Assembly: GCA_037137575.1 (NCBI GenBank)
Contig: JBAXKB010000006.1
Location: 1-55,417 of the forward strand
Direction of reading: 5' to 3'
DNA from: Actinomycetes bacterium
GTDB taxonomy: Bacteria > Actinomycetota > Actinomycetes > S36-B12 > UBA5976
Length of the DNA stretch: 55,417 bases
Shown here: piece after piece, positions 8,332 through 17,943 of the stretch
How the letters are laid out: each line of letters opens with the position of its first letter
Numbering within the stretch: the stretch's first letter is position 1
Translations under genes and position numbers: made by a program
The notes under the pieces: model-generated
Database searches by the model: none
The model's input: only the letters and a program-made list of their open reading frames with translations
What the model was told of the DNA's origin: nothing

Positions 8332-9282
8332 ATGAATACTTCCCGTCGCTTATTTGCCGCTCTAGTTGCAAGCACGCTTGCGCTCTTGGCCCTGGTCGGA
8401 CCAAGTTTTACTACCGCGTCTGCCAAAACCACCAGTGTGCGCACAAAAGCGCCGGTCTACAAAGTGTTGTGGCGCGAAGAATTCAATGGCAAAACACGCC
8501 AACTGCCAAATGAAAGCGAATGGGATTATGACCTTGGCAACAATGGTGGCTGGGGTAATAACGAGAACGAGTACTACACAATGACCAATGCCAAAACCGA
8601 CTGTGGTGCAGTGCAGAAAGTTGTTGCTGGCAAGAAAAAGACAGTTTGTACTGGCAATGGATCTCTAGTTATCACTGCTAACCGCATTCCTGACGACAGT
8701 ATTGAGGCGTCCAGTTGTGCAAGTTGCACGTTCTTTAGTTCGCGCATAAATACGCAGGGCAAGTTGGGGTTCAAGTACGGGCGCATGGAAGCTCGCATTC
8801 AAATGCCTAAAGGTGATGGCACCTGGCCAGCTTTCTGGTTACTCGGATCAAATATCACATCTGTTCCATGGCCAACCTGTGGTGAAATCGACATTGTAGA
8901 AGTTGGCAACGACCCTTACACCTCAAACAGCACTATCCATGGTCCTGTTAGTGGATTCATGGGCATCACCAATGGCGGAAAGCAAGCCGCAAAGCCGCTT
9001 TACAGTGGCTACCACACATTCCGTGTTGACTGGTTGCCAACAAAATTTGTTTTCTACTTAGACAACCAGCCTTATTACACAATCACGAAGGCTGAAGCCA
9101 CTGGATCTTCGTACAACGACAAATGGGTTTACGATCACGAGTTCTTCCTAATTCTCAACCTAGCGATGGGTGGCAATTACGTTGGTGGGACACCAGATCC
9201 AAAAATTCGTTCGACTCAAATGAAAATTGATTACATTCGTTACTACTCGATTAATGGCGTGGGCAAGCTCTACCGTCATTAA
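8332..9282 (+). CDS. Secreted GH16 glycoside hydrolase (laminarinase/endo-1,3-beta-glucanase-like)
   Basis: Signal peptide, WREEFNG, GWGNNENEYY, GTWPAFWLLG, catalytic WPTCGEIDIVE and LILNLAMGG. Confidence 0.93.
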   Translation: MNTSRRLFAALVASTLALLALVGPSFTTASAKTTSVRTKAPVYKVLWREEFNGKTRQLPNESEWDYDLGNNGGWGNNENEYYTMTNAKTDCGAVQKVVAGKKKTVCTGNGSLVITANRIPDDSIEASSCASCTFFSSRINTQGKLGFKYGRMEARIQMPKGDGTWPAFWLLGSNITSVPWPTCGEIDIVEVGNDPYTSNSTIHGPVSGFMGITNGGKQAAKPLYSGYHTFRVDWLPTKFVFYLDNQPYYTITKAEATGSSYNDKWVYDHEFFLILNLAMGGNYVGGTPDPKIRSTQMKIDYIRYYSINGVGKLYRH

Positions 9283-9315
9283 TAAGCACCAATAACTTCT
9301 ATCTCGGGAACAGAT

Positions 9316-10128
9316 TTGGGAACATTTAATTCGCCAGTACTTGATGAAACTCGTTACCAACTGCGATGGGGCCAAGAATTCGATGGTCCAGCGGGGGCAG
9401 CGCCAGACACTGATGCAACTTGGACCTACGATCTAGGCGCGGGCTCTGACGGTTGGGGCAATCAAGAGCACGAGTATTACACCGATAGCAATGCGCGCTG
9501 TGATGGTGACAGCAATTTGGTGATTACCGCCCAGCGACTTTCAGGTGACGACCCAATCGCACAAAACGATCCACGCATCGAGTTCTACAGTTCACGTCTG
9601 CACACCAACAAAAAAGTTGGCTTCAAATTCGGCCGGATTGAAGCTCGCATCAAGATGCCAAAAGGGCAAGGTGCCTGGCCAGCGTTTTGGATGCTTGGCG
9701 AAAAAATTGGTGAGATTGTCTGGCCTGACTGCGGCGAGATAGACATCGTTGAAGTTGGCGATCTAAAAAATGAACTTGTCGCAAGTTTGCACGGTCTGGG
9801 ATACTGCGGCGCAGATCCACTGACAAATCGCGTGGAAGTTGTAGACGACCTGAGCGACAACTTCCACACCTACGCCATTGACTGGCTACCGGGTTCTGTT
9901 GAATGGTTCTTTGATGGCGGATCAATTTCAAAAAAGACTGCTGCCGATGCAAGTGCAGTAAATAGTGAATGGGTTTTCGATCAGCCCTACTTCATTTTGA
10001 TAAACCTAGCCATGGGCGGAGTATTTGTTCCTGGCGGAATAGATCCAGAACTTGGGCAAGCTCAATTCACAATTGACTACATCAGGCATTATTCAATTGA
10101 CGGTGTTGGCGAAGTCATAAAACACTAG
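9316..10128 (+). CDS. GH16 glycoside hydrolase without signal peptide (laminarinase-like)
   Basis: GWGNQEHEYY, GAWPAFWMLG, WPDCGEIDIVE and FHTYAIDW. The TTG start is uncertain. Confidence 0.9.
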   Translation: MGTFNSPVLDETRYQLRWGQEFDGPAGAAPDTDATWTYDLGAGSDGWGNQEHEYYTDSNARCDGDSNLVITAQRLSGDDPIAQNDPRIEFYSSRLHTNKKVGFKFGRIEARIKMPKGQGAWPAFWMLGEKIGEIVWPDCGEIDIVEVGDLKNELVASLHGLGYCGADPLTNRVEVVDDLSDNFHTYAIDWLPGSVEWFFDGGSISKKTAADASAVNSEWVFDQPYFILINLAMGGVFVPGGIDPELGQAQFTIDYIRHYSIDGVGEVIKH

Positions 10129-10235
10129 CCACACAGGTTAATTTCGGACAAAAGTCTGGCTGGGAAACCGACTAACTGTCCGCCCGACAAGTAACATGGG
10201 AGTGTACAAAATAGTCGAGAACTAGGGGGCAAAAA

Positions 10236-10940
10236 ATGGGTTTACTTGACTCACTTGAAGCGCGCTTAGACAAACTAGTTAACGGCTCATTCTCTAAAGC
10301 ATTCAAAGCTGGAATTGAACCAACTGAATTAGGCGCAGTTCTTCAGCAAGAGCTAGATTCCAAGGCTAAAGATGTAGATGGCAAGTTGCAGGTGCCAAAC
10401 ATTTTTGTTGTCGATCTTGGCACTGACGACTACACCCGGCTTCAGGCTTATCTGCTACCGCTTGGCGCAGAACTTGCCACACTTGCCCAAGATTATGCAG
10501 AAGAACAGCGCTACGCTGCGAGTTCATACATGAGTGTCACGTTTCAACACGACCCACAACTAGGCACTGGAATTTTTCGGATAAACAGTACAAGCGGGCT
10601 AGTGGCCGAACCAGCTGTTACTAATACTGTTTCTGCCATGCCGGTAGAAATGATCGTTGATTCCAGCCCCCCACATTTAACAAGTGTCTCTGGCGAAAAA
10701 TTCTTTATCACTCAATCAGTAACCAAAATTGGTCGTGGTGACCAAGCAGAAATTCAAATTGAAGATTCAGGTATCAGCCGACTGCATTGCGCAATTATTC
10801 TGGGCACCGAGACCACAATCCGCGACTTAGGTTCCACCAACGGAACGATGGTTGATGGTCGCACAATTAGCGAAACCGTAATTCTTGATGGCTCAATCAT
10901 AAAAGTCGGTAGCACAACTTTGACCTACTCGAGCAGATAA
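10236..10940 (+). CDS. fhaA: FhaA (DUF3662 + FHA domain)
   Basis: N-terminal DUF3662-type region and C-terminal FHA (IGRG, SRLH, DLGSTNGT). First gene of the pknB cluster. Confidence 0.9.
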   Translation: MGLLDSLEARLDKLVNGSFSKAFKAGIEPTELGAVLQQELDSKAKDVDGKLQVPNIFVVDLGTDDYTRLQAYLLPLGAELATLAQDYAEEQRYAASSYMSVTFQHDPQLGTGIFRINSTSGLVAEPAVTNTVSAMPVEMIVDSSPPHLTSVSGEKFFITQSVTKIGRGDQAEIQIEDSGISRLHCAIILGTETTIRDLGSTNGTMVDGRTISETVILDGSIIKVGSTTLTYSSR

Positions 10941-10943
10941 ATA

Positions 10944-11414
10944 ATGTCTGAACTAGTTGTTAGTTTTCTGCGAATTCTATTTTTGCTGACGCTGTGGTGG
11001 TTCGTTTGGCGGGTAGTAGTTATTGTCCGCAGCGACTTACAAGCTCCTCGCGATGCAAAGCCACTCACACCAGCGCGCACGATTCGGCTACCTAACCCAC
11101 GCCCAGCATTGCGCACACGCAAAACTGCAACGAACATCATCATCACAGAAGGCCCGCTTACTGGAACAGTTGTTCCGCTTGGCACATCAGCAATTTTGAT
11201 TGGCCGAGCACCAGATGCAACCATCGTGCTAGATGATGACTTTGTTAGTAACCAACACACGCGCTTAGTTCCAAGAGATTCACACTGGATTGTTGAGGAC
11301 CTTGGGTCAACAAATGGAACTTGGATTGATAAAGAGAAAGTCACTACCCCTACTGTTTTGGTGCCCGGAGCAAAACTGCGGATAGGAAAAACCAGTTTGG
11401 AACTTAGCTCATGA
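10944..11414 (+). CDS. fhaB: FhaB/FipA membrane-anchored FHA protein
   Basis: N-terminal TM helix, FHA motifs IGRA and EDLGSTNGT, and synteny. Confidence 0.9.
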   Translation: MSELVVSFLRILFLLTLWWFVWRVVVIVRSDLQAPRDAKPLTPARTIRLPNPRPALRTRKTATNIIITEGPLTGTVVPLGTSAILIGRAPDATIVLDDDFVSNQHTRLVPRDSHWIVEDLGSTNGTWIDKEKVTTPTVLVPGAKLRIGKTSLELSS

Positions 11415-12616
11415 GTGAGCTGTCTCTGCGCTTTGTCGGGCGATCAGAAATTGGCCACATTCGAAAGAACAATGAAGATAGTGGTTACGCATCCAATGAT
11501 TTACTTGTCGTAGCCGACGGCATGGGTGGTCATTCTGCTGGCGAACTTGCAAGTGCCGCGACAGTTGCTGCTGTCGTTTCTGCGTGTGAAAGTTCTAAGC
11601 AAGTCGATGAGTTACTGCCTTTGCTATCCGACGCGGTTATCACTTCCGGTGAATACATCGCCGATGTCGTCTCTGGTAATCGCGAACTAACTGGAATGGG
11701 CACCACACTTACTGCAATTGCAATGCGCGGTGATCGAATCGCAATGGCCCATGTTGGTGACTCACGGGCGTATCTGATGCGCGATGGTGAGCTAGTACAG
11801 ATAACTAAGGACCATACCTACGTACAAAGTTTGGTTGACTCAGGCGAAATCACATCCGAGCAAGCCGCGGTGCACCCACGACGCAACCTACTCATGCGAG
11901 CAATAGATGGAATACACGCAGTTGAAGTCGATCTTTCGGTTCGCGAAGCTCGGCTAGGCGACCGTTTTCTGTTGTGTAGCGATGGTTTATGCGGAGTTAT
12001 TAGCGACGAAGAAATCGCAAACGCAATGCAAATCAGTGACCCAACACAGAGTGTTACTGAGTTAATCGACCGGGTTCTCTGCGCAGGTGCTCCGGACAAT
12101 GTCACGGTCATTGTCGCTGACGTTATTAATAATGGAACGCAAGTTGATCCGGTGTTGATTGGCGCTGCAATTGAAGATGAGACTCAAGAGCGGTTACCTG
12201 ATATTGAATTTCCAGAAGAGTTGCCAATTGAACTTGCCCCTGTTTTGGCTCATCTTGACACCGTTAAAAGAAAACGCAATTGGCTAAAGCCGGTAGTTGT
12301 TACTTTGGTCGCCATCGCGATCACTATTTCGGCGAGCACCTGGTGGTTGGCTAACCAGTGGTACTTAGCCGAATATAAACCAACACATGTAGTTGCGATT
12401 TACCAAGGAATTCCAACAGGCGGATTCTCGAGACTTATTGATGTATCAGAGATCCCAATCAATTCGCTACCAGCCTTCGAACAGCAACAGCTTGGGAACA
12501 CTATTGATGCTGTTACGTATGAAGAAGCCACGGCCAGCTTAAATCGATTGAAAGCACGCGCTACTTTGTGCCAAGAACTTCCAGCGCCGCAAGGCTGTGG
12601 GGCCTTAATCCAATGA
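11411..12616 (+). CDS. pstP: PP2C-family Ser/Thr phosphatase PstP
   Basis: RKNNED, VADGMGGH, HVGDSRAY, LCSDGL, DNVTV and a C-terminal TM helix. Confidence 0.95.
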   Translation: MSELSLRFVGRSEIGHIRKNNEDSGYASNDLLVVADGMGGHSAGELASAATVAAVVSACESSKQVDELLPLLSDAVITSGEYIADVVSGNRELTGMGTTLTAIAMRGDRIAMAHVGDSRAYLMRDGELVQITKDHTYVQSLVDSGEITSEQAAVHPRRNLLMRAIDGIHAVEVDLSVREARLGDRFLLCSDGLCGVISDEEIANAMQISDPTQSVTELIDRVLCAGAPDNVTVIVADVINNGTQVDPVLIGAAIEDETQERLPDIEFPEELPIELAPVLAHLDTVKRKRNWLKPVVVTLVAIAITISASTWWLANQWYLAEYKPTHVVAIYQGIPTGGFSRLIDVSEIPINSLPAFEQQQLGNTIDAVTYEEATASLNRLKARATLCQELPAPQGCGALIQ

Positions 12617-13986
12617 CCGATTTAATTCGGCTACGTAAAATTTCAACGAGGCGATCAGCGGAGGGTTCTGCTTTAGCACTGGCCTGGCTCGTCGGTCTTT
12701 TTGCCTGGGTATTAGTTGACTTGGCCACTGGCAATGATTTGAGATCTGGATTTGTTCCGCTCGGTTGTGTCGGCGTACTTTTGTTAACCGCACATATCGT
12801 CGTGCGCTGGCAAGCACCTTATGCGGACCCGGTAATTTTGCCTGCAGTGGCAATGCTCAACCTGCTGGGCCTTGCGATGATCCATCGTCTAGATGTTTCT
12901 AACCAAAAGTTAGCTGACATAAGAGGTGTAGCTGCGCCAACTCCAGACGTTTACCTGCAGATAACTTGGCTCGCTGTTGGCTTATTGCTTTTCTGCGCTG
13001 TGCTCTTCATAATTACTGATCATCGCCGACTACAACGACTAACTTTCACTTGCGGCGTGACCGGAATTTTAATGCTGTTCTTGCCGCTAATTCCAGGGGT
13101 TGGCGTTGAGATTAATGGGGCACAGCTTTGGATTGATCTAGGAGTTTTCACAATCCAACCTGGTGAAATTGCAAAAATTCTGTTGACTATTTTCTTTGCT
13201 GGTTTTCTCGTTACGCGACGGCACTCACTTGCACTTATCAATCGTAAAGTTATTGGCATCGGTTTCCCACGAGCTAAGGATGTTGGCCCACTACTTATTG
13301 TTTGGGCAGCAGCCCTGCTTGTCCTAATTCTTGAGCGTGACTTAGGAACCTCACTTCTTATTTTTGGCTTGTTTATCGTCATGCTCTACGTGGCAACGGG
13401 CCGACGCGGTTGGGTAATTCTTGGTGGCCTCTTGTTGGTGGTAAGTAGTTTCTTGGCGTTCAAGACATTCGGTCATGTGCGAATTCGCTTTAGTGTTTGG
13501 CTTGATCCGTTTAGCCAAGCAACTGACAACGGGTATCAGATTGTGCAATCACTTTACGGCTTTGCCAATGGTGGCGTATTCGGAACCGGATGGGGTCGCG
13601 GTTACCCACAACTAGTTCCATTCGCTAAAACAGATTTCATCACATCAGCTCTTGGTGAAGAACTTGGATTAACCGGTCTCATCGCGATCATCCTGCTTTA
13701 TGTTTTGACTATTGAACGAGGCGCCCGGGCAGCCGTTGCAACTCGCGACCAGTTCGGCAATCTGCTTGCCATCGGACTAACAACTGCAATCGGCCTACAA
13801 ACTTTTATAGTAATTGGTGGCGTGACGCGCTTAATTCCATTGACTGGCCTTACAACGCCATTTCTTTCCTACGGTGGATCATCGCTAGTCGCTAACTACA
13901 TCCTGATGGCTTTACTGTTACGAGTTTCAAACTCTGCGCGTAAACCTGAAGACTCAGATTTAGCAGTTGTTGGGTTGTCATCATGA
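12613..13986 (+). CDS. rodA: SEDS peptidoglycan glycosyltransferase RodA
   Basis: IQPGEIAK, ERDLGT, TDFI and GLTTPFLSYGGSS. The ATG overlaps the pstP stop. Confidence 0.93.
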   Translation: MTDLIRLRKISTRRSAEGSALALAWLVGLFAWVLVDLATGNDLRSGFVPLGCVGVLLLTAHIVVRWQAPYADPVILPAVAMLNLLGLAMIHRLDVSNQKLADIRGVAAPTPDVYLQITWLAVGLLLFCAVLFIITDHRRLQRLTFTCGVTGILMLFLPLIPGVGVEINGAQLWIDLGVFTIQPGEIAKILLTIFFAGFLVTRRHSLALINRKVIGIGFPRAKDVGPLLIVWAAALLVLILERDLGTSLLIFGLFIVMLYVATGRRGWVILGGLLLVVSSFLAFKTFGHVRIRFSVWLDPFSQATDNGYQIVQSLYGFANGGVFGTGWGRGYPQLVPFAKTDFITSALGEELGLTGLIAIILLYVLTIERGARAAVATRDQFGNLLAIGLTTAIGLQTFIVIGGVTRLIPLTGLTTPFLSYGGSSLVANYILMALLLRVSNSARKPEDSDLAVVGLSS

Positions 13987-15431
13987 CTAGACAAATTAAC
14001 AGAGTAACTCTGATTTTGATTTTGCTGATGCTAGCGCTGATTGCAAATCTTTCCTACATCCAATTCTTTAATTCAGCAGAGTTACGACACAAGCCTGGAA
14101 ACCAACGGGTACTGCTCGCTGAGTACTCAAAGCAGCGCGGGCCAATCCTGATTAGTTCAGACCCAATTGCACAATCTAAAACCACTAATGATGCGCTCAA
14201 ATATTTGCGCACTTACGCAAACGGGCCGACTTACGCGGCAGCGACTGGCTTTTATTCTTTTGTATACGGTGCTACCGGAATTGAGCAGCAAGAGAACGAT
14301 GTGTTATCTGGCAGCGACAACCGATTCTTTGTTGACCGCCTTCAACAACTATTTGCAAACCGTCAACCACAAGGTGGCGCAGTTGAATTAACGATTAATC
14401 CGCGCGCGCAAAAAGCTGCTATGGATGCACTTAACGGCAGAACCGGCGCAGTCGTCGCGATTGATCCCAGCACTGGAGCAATTTTGGCGCTAGCTAGTTC
14501 ACCTAGTTTTGATCCGAATCGGCTGGCAAGTCACGATACGACAGACATGCAAAACTACTGGCAGTATCTGAACGAAAATCCAAAGCAGCCATTACTTAAT
14601 CGTCCACTTGCCATGACTTTGCCACCAGGATCAACATTTAAGTTAGTCACCGCAGCAGCAGCGCTCGAGTCGGGTAATTACCGAGCAGATTCCACCTTGC
14701 CAGGCCCAGCAAGCATTGGGTTGCCTAATTCAACTCATCGATTGGGGAACTGGACGCATAATTCTTGTGGATACAACGACAAGACGACGCTAGATAATGC
14801 CCTGGCAGTTTCTTGCAACACCGCTTTTGCTTGGCTTGGCATGAAACTTGGTGAAGATGCGATTTCAGAACAAGCTAAGAAGTTTGGCTTTGGAACCTCG
14901 TTCTCAGTTCCAATGAATGCAGCCACCAGTGTATTTCCCAGCGGACTGGACAAAGCCCAAACTGCGATGAGCGCAATCGGACAATTTGATGTGCAAGCAA
15001 CTGCGCTGCAGATGGCGCTAGTTGGAGCTGGTATCGGAAACGACGGCGTTGTGATGCGGCCGTTCTTGGTAAGCCAAGTACTCGGGCCAAATCTAAAAGT
15101 TTTAGAAAATGCCACGCCGCAGCAATTCTCGCGCGCAATGACTGCGGCGAATGCTCGTGCGCTGGCCCAAATGATGATGCACGTGGTCGATAGAGGCACT
15201 GGTTCAAATGCTCGAATTTATGGTGTTGCTGTGGGCGGGAAAACGGGTACTGCCGAAACCAGCGCAGGTTCGCCAGCCCACGCTTGGTTTGTGGGGATTG
15301 CTCCTGCAGTAAACGCTCGAGTAGCAGTAGCCGTTGTTCTGCAAGACGGCGGGGGCGCAACAGAAATCAGCGGCAATGGGTTAGCCGCTCCAATTGCTCG
15401 GGCTGTTATGCAGGCAGTACTCGATAAATAG
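13983..15431 (+). CDS. pbpA: Class B penicillin-binding protein PbpA
   Basis: Catalytic motifs STFK, SCN and KTGT. Confidence 0.95.
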   Translation: MTRQINRVTLILILLMLALIANLSYIQFFNSAELRHKPGNQRVLLAEYSKQRGPILISSDPIAQSKTTNDALKYLRTYANGPTYAAATGFYSFVYGATGIEQQENDVLSGSDNRFFVDRLQQLFANRQPQGGAVELTINPRAQKAAMDALNGRTGAVVAIDPSTGAILALASSPSFDPNRLASHDTTDMQNYWQYLNENPKQPLLNRPLAMTLPPGSTFKLVTAAAALESGNYRADSTLPGPASIGLPNSTHRLGNWTHNSCGYNDKTTLDNALAVSCNTAFAWLGMKLGEDAISEQAKKFGFGTSFSVPMNAATSVFPSGLDKAQTAMSAIGQFDVQATALQMALVGAGIGNDGVVMRPFLVSQVLGPNLKVLENATPQQFSRAMTAANARALAQMMMHVVDRGTGSNARIYGVAVGGKTGTAETSAGSPAHAWFVGIAPAVNARVAVAVVLQDGGGATEISGNGLAAPIARAVMQAVLDK

Positions 15432-15452
15432 CGATTACTGCCAAAATAGGAG

Positions 15453-15487
15453 TGTTCACTACGCAGCAAACCGCTTCGTAGTGAACA
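15453..15487. other. Strong intergenic hairpin between pbpA and pknB
   Basis: Perfect 11-bp inverted repeat TGTTCACTACG / CGTAGTGAACA. Confidence 0.6.
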
Positions 15488-15532
15488 ATAGAAATACAAT
15501 CCACGTTGCTTCGTAAAAGGGAGAACAGGTCA

Positions 15533-17296
15533 GTGCAATTCACACTCTTAGGTGATCGCTACGAAGTTGGTCAAGTAATTGGCCGTGGCGGTATGGCTGA
15601 AGTTCACGAGGGCGCAGACACCCGACTAAATCGACGCGTTGCTATCAAAATTTTGCGACCTGATTTGGCTCGCGACCCGCAATTCCTTGATCGGTTTCGC
15701 CGCGAAGCTCAAGCTGCTGCTGGTTTAAACCATCCAAATGTTGTTGCGGTGTTCGACACTGGGGAACAACAAATTGGCGAACTGCTGGTGCCTTACATTG
15801 TGATGGAATATGTCGATGGGGTAACTCTGCAACATATGCTGGCAAATGGTCCAAGAATCATGCCAGAGCGCAGTTTGGAAATTATCGCAGGCATTTTGGC
15901 CGCGCTAGATTATGCGCATCGCCATGGGATTGTTCATCGCGACATCAAGCCGGCGAACATCATGATAAATACCCACGGTGATGCAAAGGTTATGGATTTT
16001 GGTATTGCGCGGGCAATGAGCGATGCTCTTACTTCGGTTACCGCCGCGAGTGCGATTATGGGTACCGTCCAGTATCTTTCACCCGAACAAGCCAAAGGCG
16101 AAACTGTTGACGCTCGCAGCGATATTTATGCTGCCGGTTGTGTGATGTACGAACTGCTAACTGGTAAGCCACCTTTCACCGGTGAAACTGCTGTTTCAAT
16201 CGCGTACCAACATGTAAACGAGTTACCCAAACCGCCATCACAAGTTGATAGTGCGATTTCTGCAACTCTTGATGCCGTCGTGTTACATGCGCTAGCTAAG
16301 CACCCTGCGCAGCGCTACCAAAGCGCAGCTGAAATGCGTTCAGACGTTGAGCGCGTGATGGCCGGGATGCCAGTGGCTGTTGCAGTTACTGCAGCTGAAA
16401 TTTCAAATGCGCCAACAGTTGCAATACCGCTGTCTGATACAGCTGTGATGCCTAGAATTCAAGAGCAGGTAACAGTGCCGCCTGCACAGAACAAGCCAAA
16501 TCAAGGTCGCTGGATCGCCTTTGGTTTACTTGGAACCTTGGCTATCGCAGGAATGTGTTTCCTAGCCTTTAAATTATCTAGCGGCAACACGACAATGCAG
16601 GCACCAAATTTGGTTGGATTCTCAGTAACGGATGCAACACAAACACTTGCCGATGCCAAGTTGCAGCTTGGCACGCAAACCCCACAAAATGATCCGAGCG
16701 CCCTGCCAGGCACAATCTTGAGCCAAAAGCCCGAAGCTGGAACCACAATCAATGAAGGTTCCGCAATCGACATCGTATTTTCCGCCGGTGTGGCCAAGGC
16801 AACAGTGCCTGATTTAAGTTTGGCGAAATCCGAAGACGACGCGAATAAACTTTTAGGCGCGGCTGGATTAAAGCTTGGCAAGATTACCCAAAAAGACAGC
16901 CCGACAAATATTGATGTTCCAGCTGCCGGCACGGTATTGAGCCAGAGCCCAGATCCTGCAACAAGTGTTGCAGCTGGTAGCGCAGTCGATGTAACAATCG
17001 CTTCTGGGAAAGTTACAGTGCCTTATGTTGTGGGCAAGTCGCGGACGCAGGCCAATAACGACCTGGTAAATGCTGGCTTTAATGTTCAAGTAATTTTTGA
17101 ACAAGGAGCAGACAAACCAGATGGCTTAGTTCTTGCTCAAACACCGGGCAAGGGGCAAGGGGCTACACCTGGTAGCAAAATAACTTTGACAGTTGCGCAG
17201 TTGGTTAATTCGCCAACTGCGAGTCCTAGTTCGAGTCCTAGTTCAAGTCCGACTACGTCACAGACGCCATCGGTCTCGCCAAGTCCACCGATGTAA
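15533..17296 (+). CDS. pknB: PASTA-domain Ser/Thr kinase PknB
   Basis: GRGGMAEV, HRDIKPAN, DFG, TM helix and about three PASTA repeats. Start is probably the GTG at 15533 after GGGAG. Confidence 0.96.
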   Translation: MQFTLLGDRYEVGQVIGRGGMAEVHEGADTRLNRRVAIKILRPDLARDPQFLDRFRREAQAAAGLNHPNVVAVFDTGEQQIGELLVPYIVMEYVDGVTLQHMLANGPRIMPERSLEIIAGILAALDYAHRHGIVHRDIKPANIMINTHGDAKVMDFGIARAMSDALTSVTAASAIMGTVQYLSPEQAKGETVDARSDIYAAGCVMYELLTGKPPFTGETAVSIAYQHVNELPKPPSQVDSAISATLDAVVLHALAKHPAQRYQSAAEMRSDVERVMAGMPVAVAVTAAEISNAPTVAIPLSDTAVMPRIQEQVTVPPAQNKPNQGRWIAFGLLGTLAIAGMCFLAFKLSSGNTTMQAPNLVGFSVTDATQTLADAKLQLGTQTPQNDPSALPGTILSQKPEAGTTINEGSAIDIVFSAGVAKATVPDLSLAKSEDDANKLLGAAGLKLGKITQKDSPTNIDVPAAGTVLSQSPDPATSVAAGSAVDVTIASGKVTVPYVVGKSRTQANNDLVNAGFNVQVIFEQGADKPDGLVLAQTPGKGQGATPGSKITLTVAQLVNSPTASPSSSPSSSPTTSQTPSVSPSPPM

Positions 17297-17319
17297 TGTC
17301 TGGACTTTAGGCTTATCTC

Positions 17320-17943
17320 ATGACTCGCATTTTAGTAATCGATAATTACGACAGCTTTGTCTACAACATCGTGCAATACCTCGGGCAACTTGGGGCGCAG
17401 GTAGATGTTAAACGCAATGACGAAGTAGCGATCGAGCAAGCAAAAACTTATGACGGTATTTTACTTTCACCTGGACCCGGCACACCAGCCGATGCTGGGG
17501 TTTGCATCAGTATCGTAAAAGAATTAGGTGGAGTTGTGCCGATTTTTGGTGTGTGTCTAGGACATCAAGCAATCGCAGAGGCGTTCGGGGCCACCGTATC
17601 GCGCGCGCCTGAACTCTTGCATGGCAAGACTTCGCAAGTTTTCCACCAAGGCAGCAGTGTTATGACGCCCCTAACAAATCCATTCACTGCAACTAGATAC
17701 CATTCACTTGCAGTTGAGGCAGACACCATACCTGCTGAGCTAGAAATTACGGGGCAAACAGAGTCTGGAGTTGTCATGGGTTTGCGCCACAAGAGCGCGG
17801 ACATTGAAGGTGTGCAATTCCATCCAGAGTCAGTTTTGACTGAAGGTGGTCACATCATGCTCGCTGAATGGTTAGTACGTTGTGGTGACACCAATGCGCA
17901 AACTTTGGCTCTTGGTTTAGCGCCGTTAATTCACAGAAACTAA
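17320..17943 (+). CDS. trpG: Anthranilate/aminodeoxychorismate synthase component II (glutamine amidotransferase)
   Basis: IDNYDSF, SPGPG, GVCLGHQ, RYHSL and QFHPES. Confidence 0.95.
   Translation: MTRILVIDNYDSFVYNIVQYLGQLGAQVDVKRNDEVAIEQAKTYDGILLSPGPGTPADAGVCISIVKELGGVVPIFGVCLGHQAIAEAFGATVSRAPELLHGKTSQVFHQGSSVMTPLTNPFTATRYHSLAVEADTIPAELEITGQTESGVVMGLRHKSADIEGVQFHPESVLTEGGHIMLAEWLVRCGDTNAQTLALGLAPLIHRN

Noticed and set aside
10129-10235. Expected tRNA or attachment site at the accessory/core boundary upstream of fhaA
   Set aside because: No cloverleaf, integrase or flanking direct repeat was seen.
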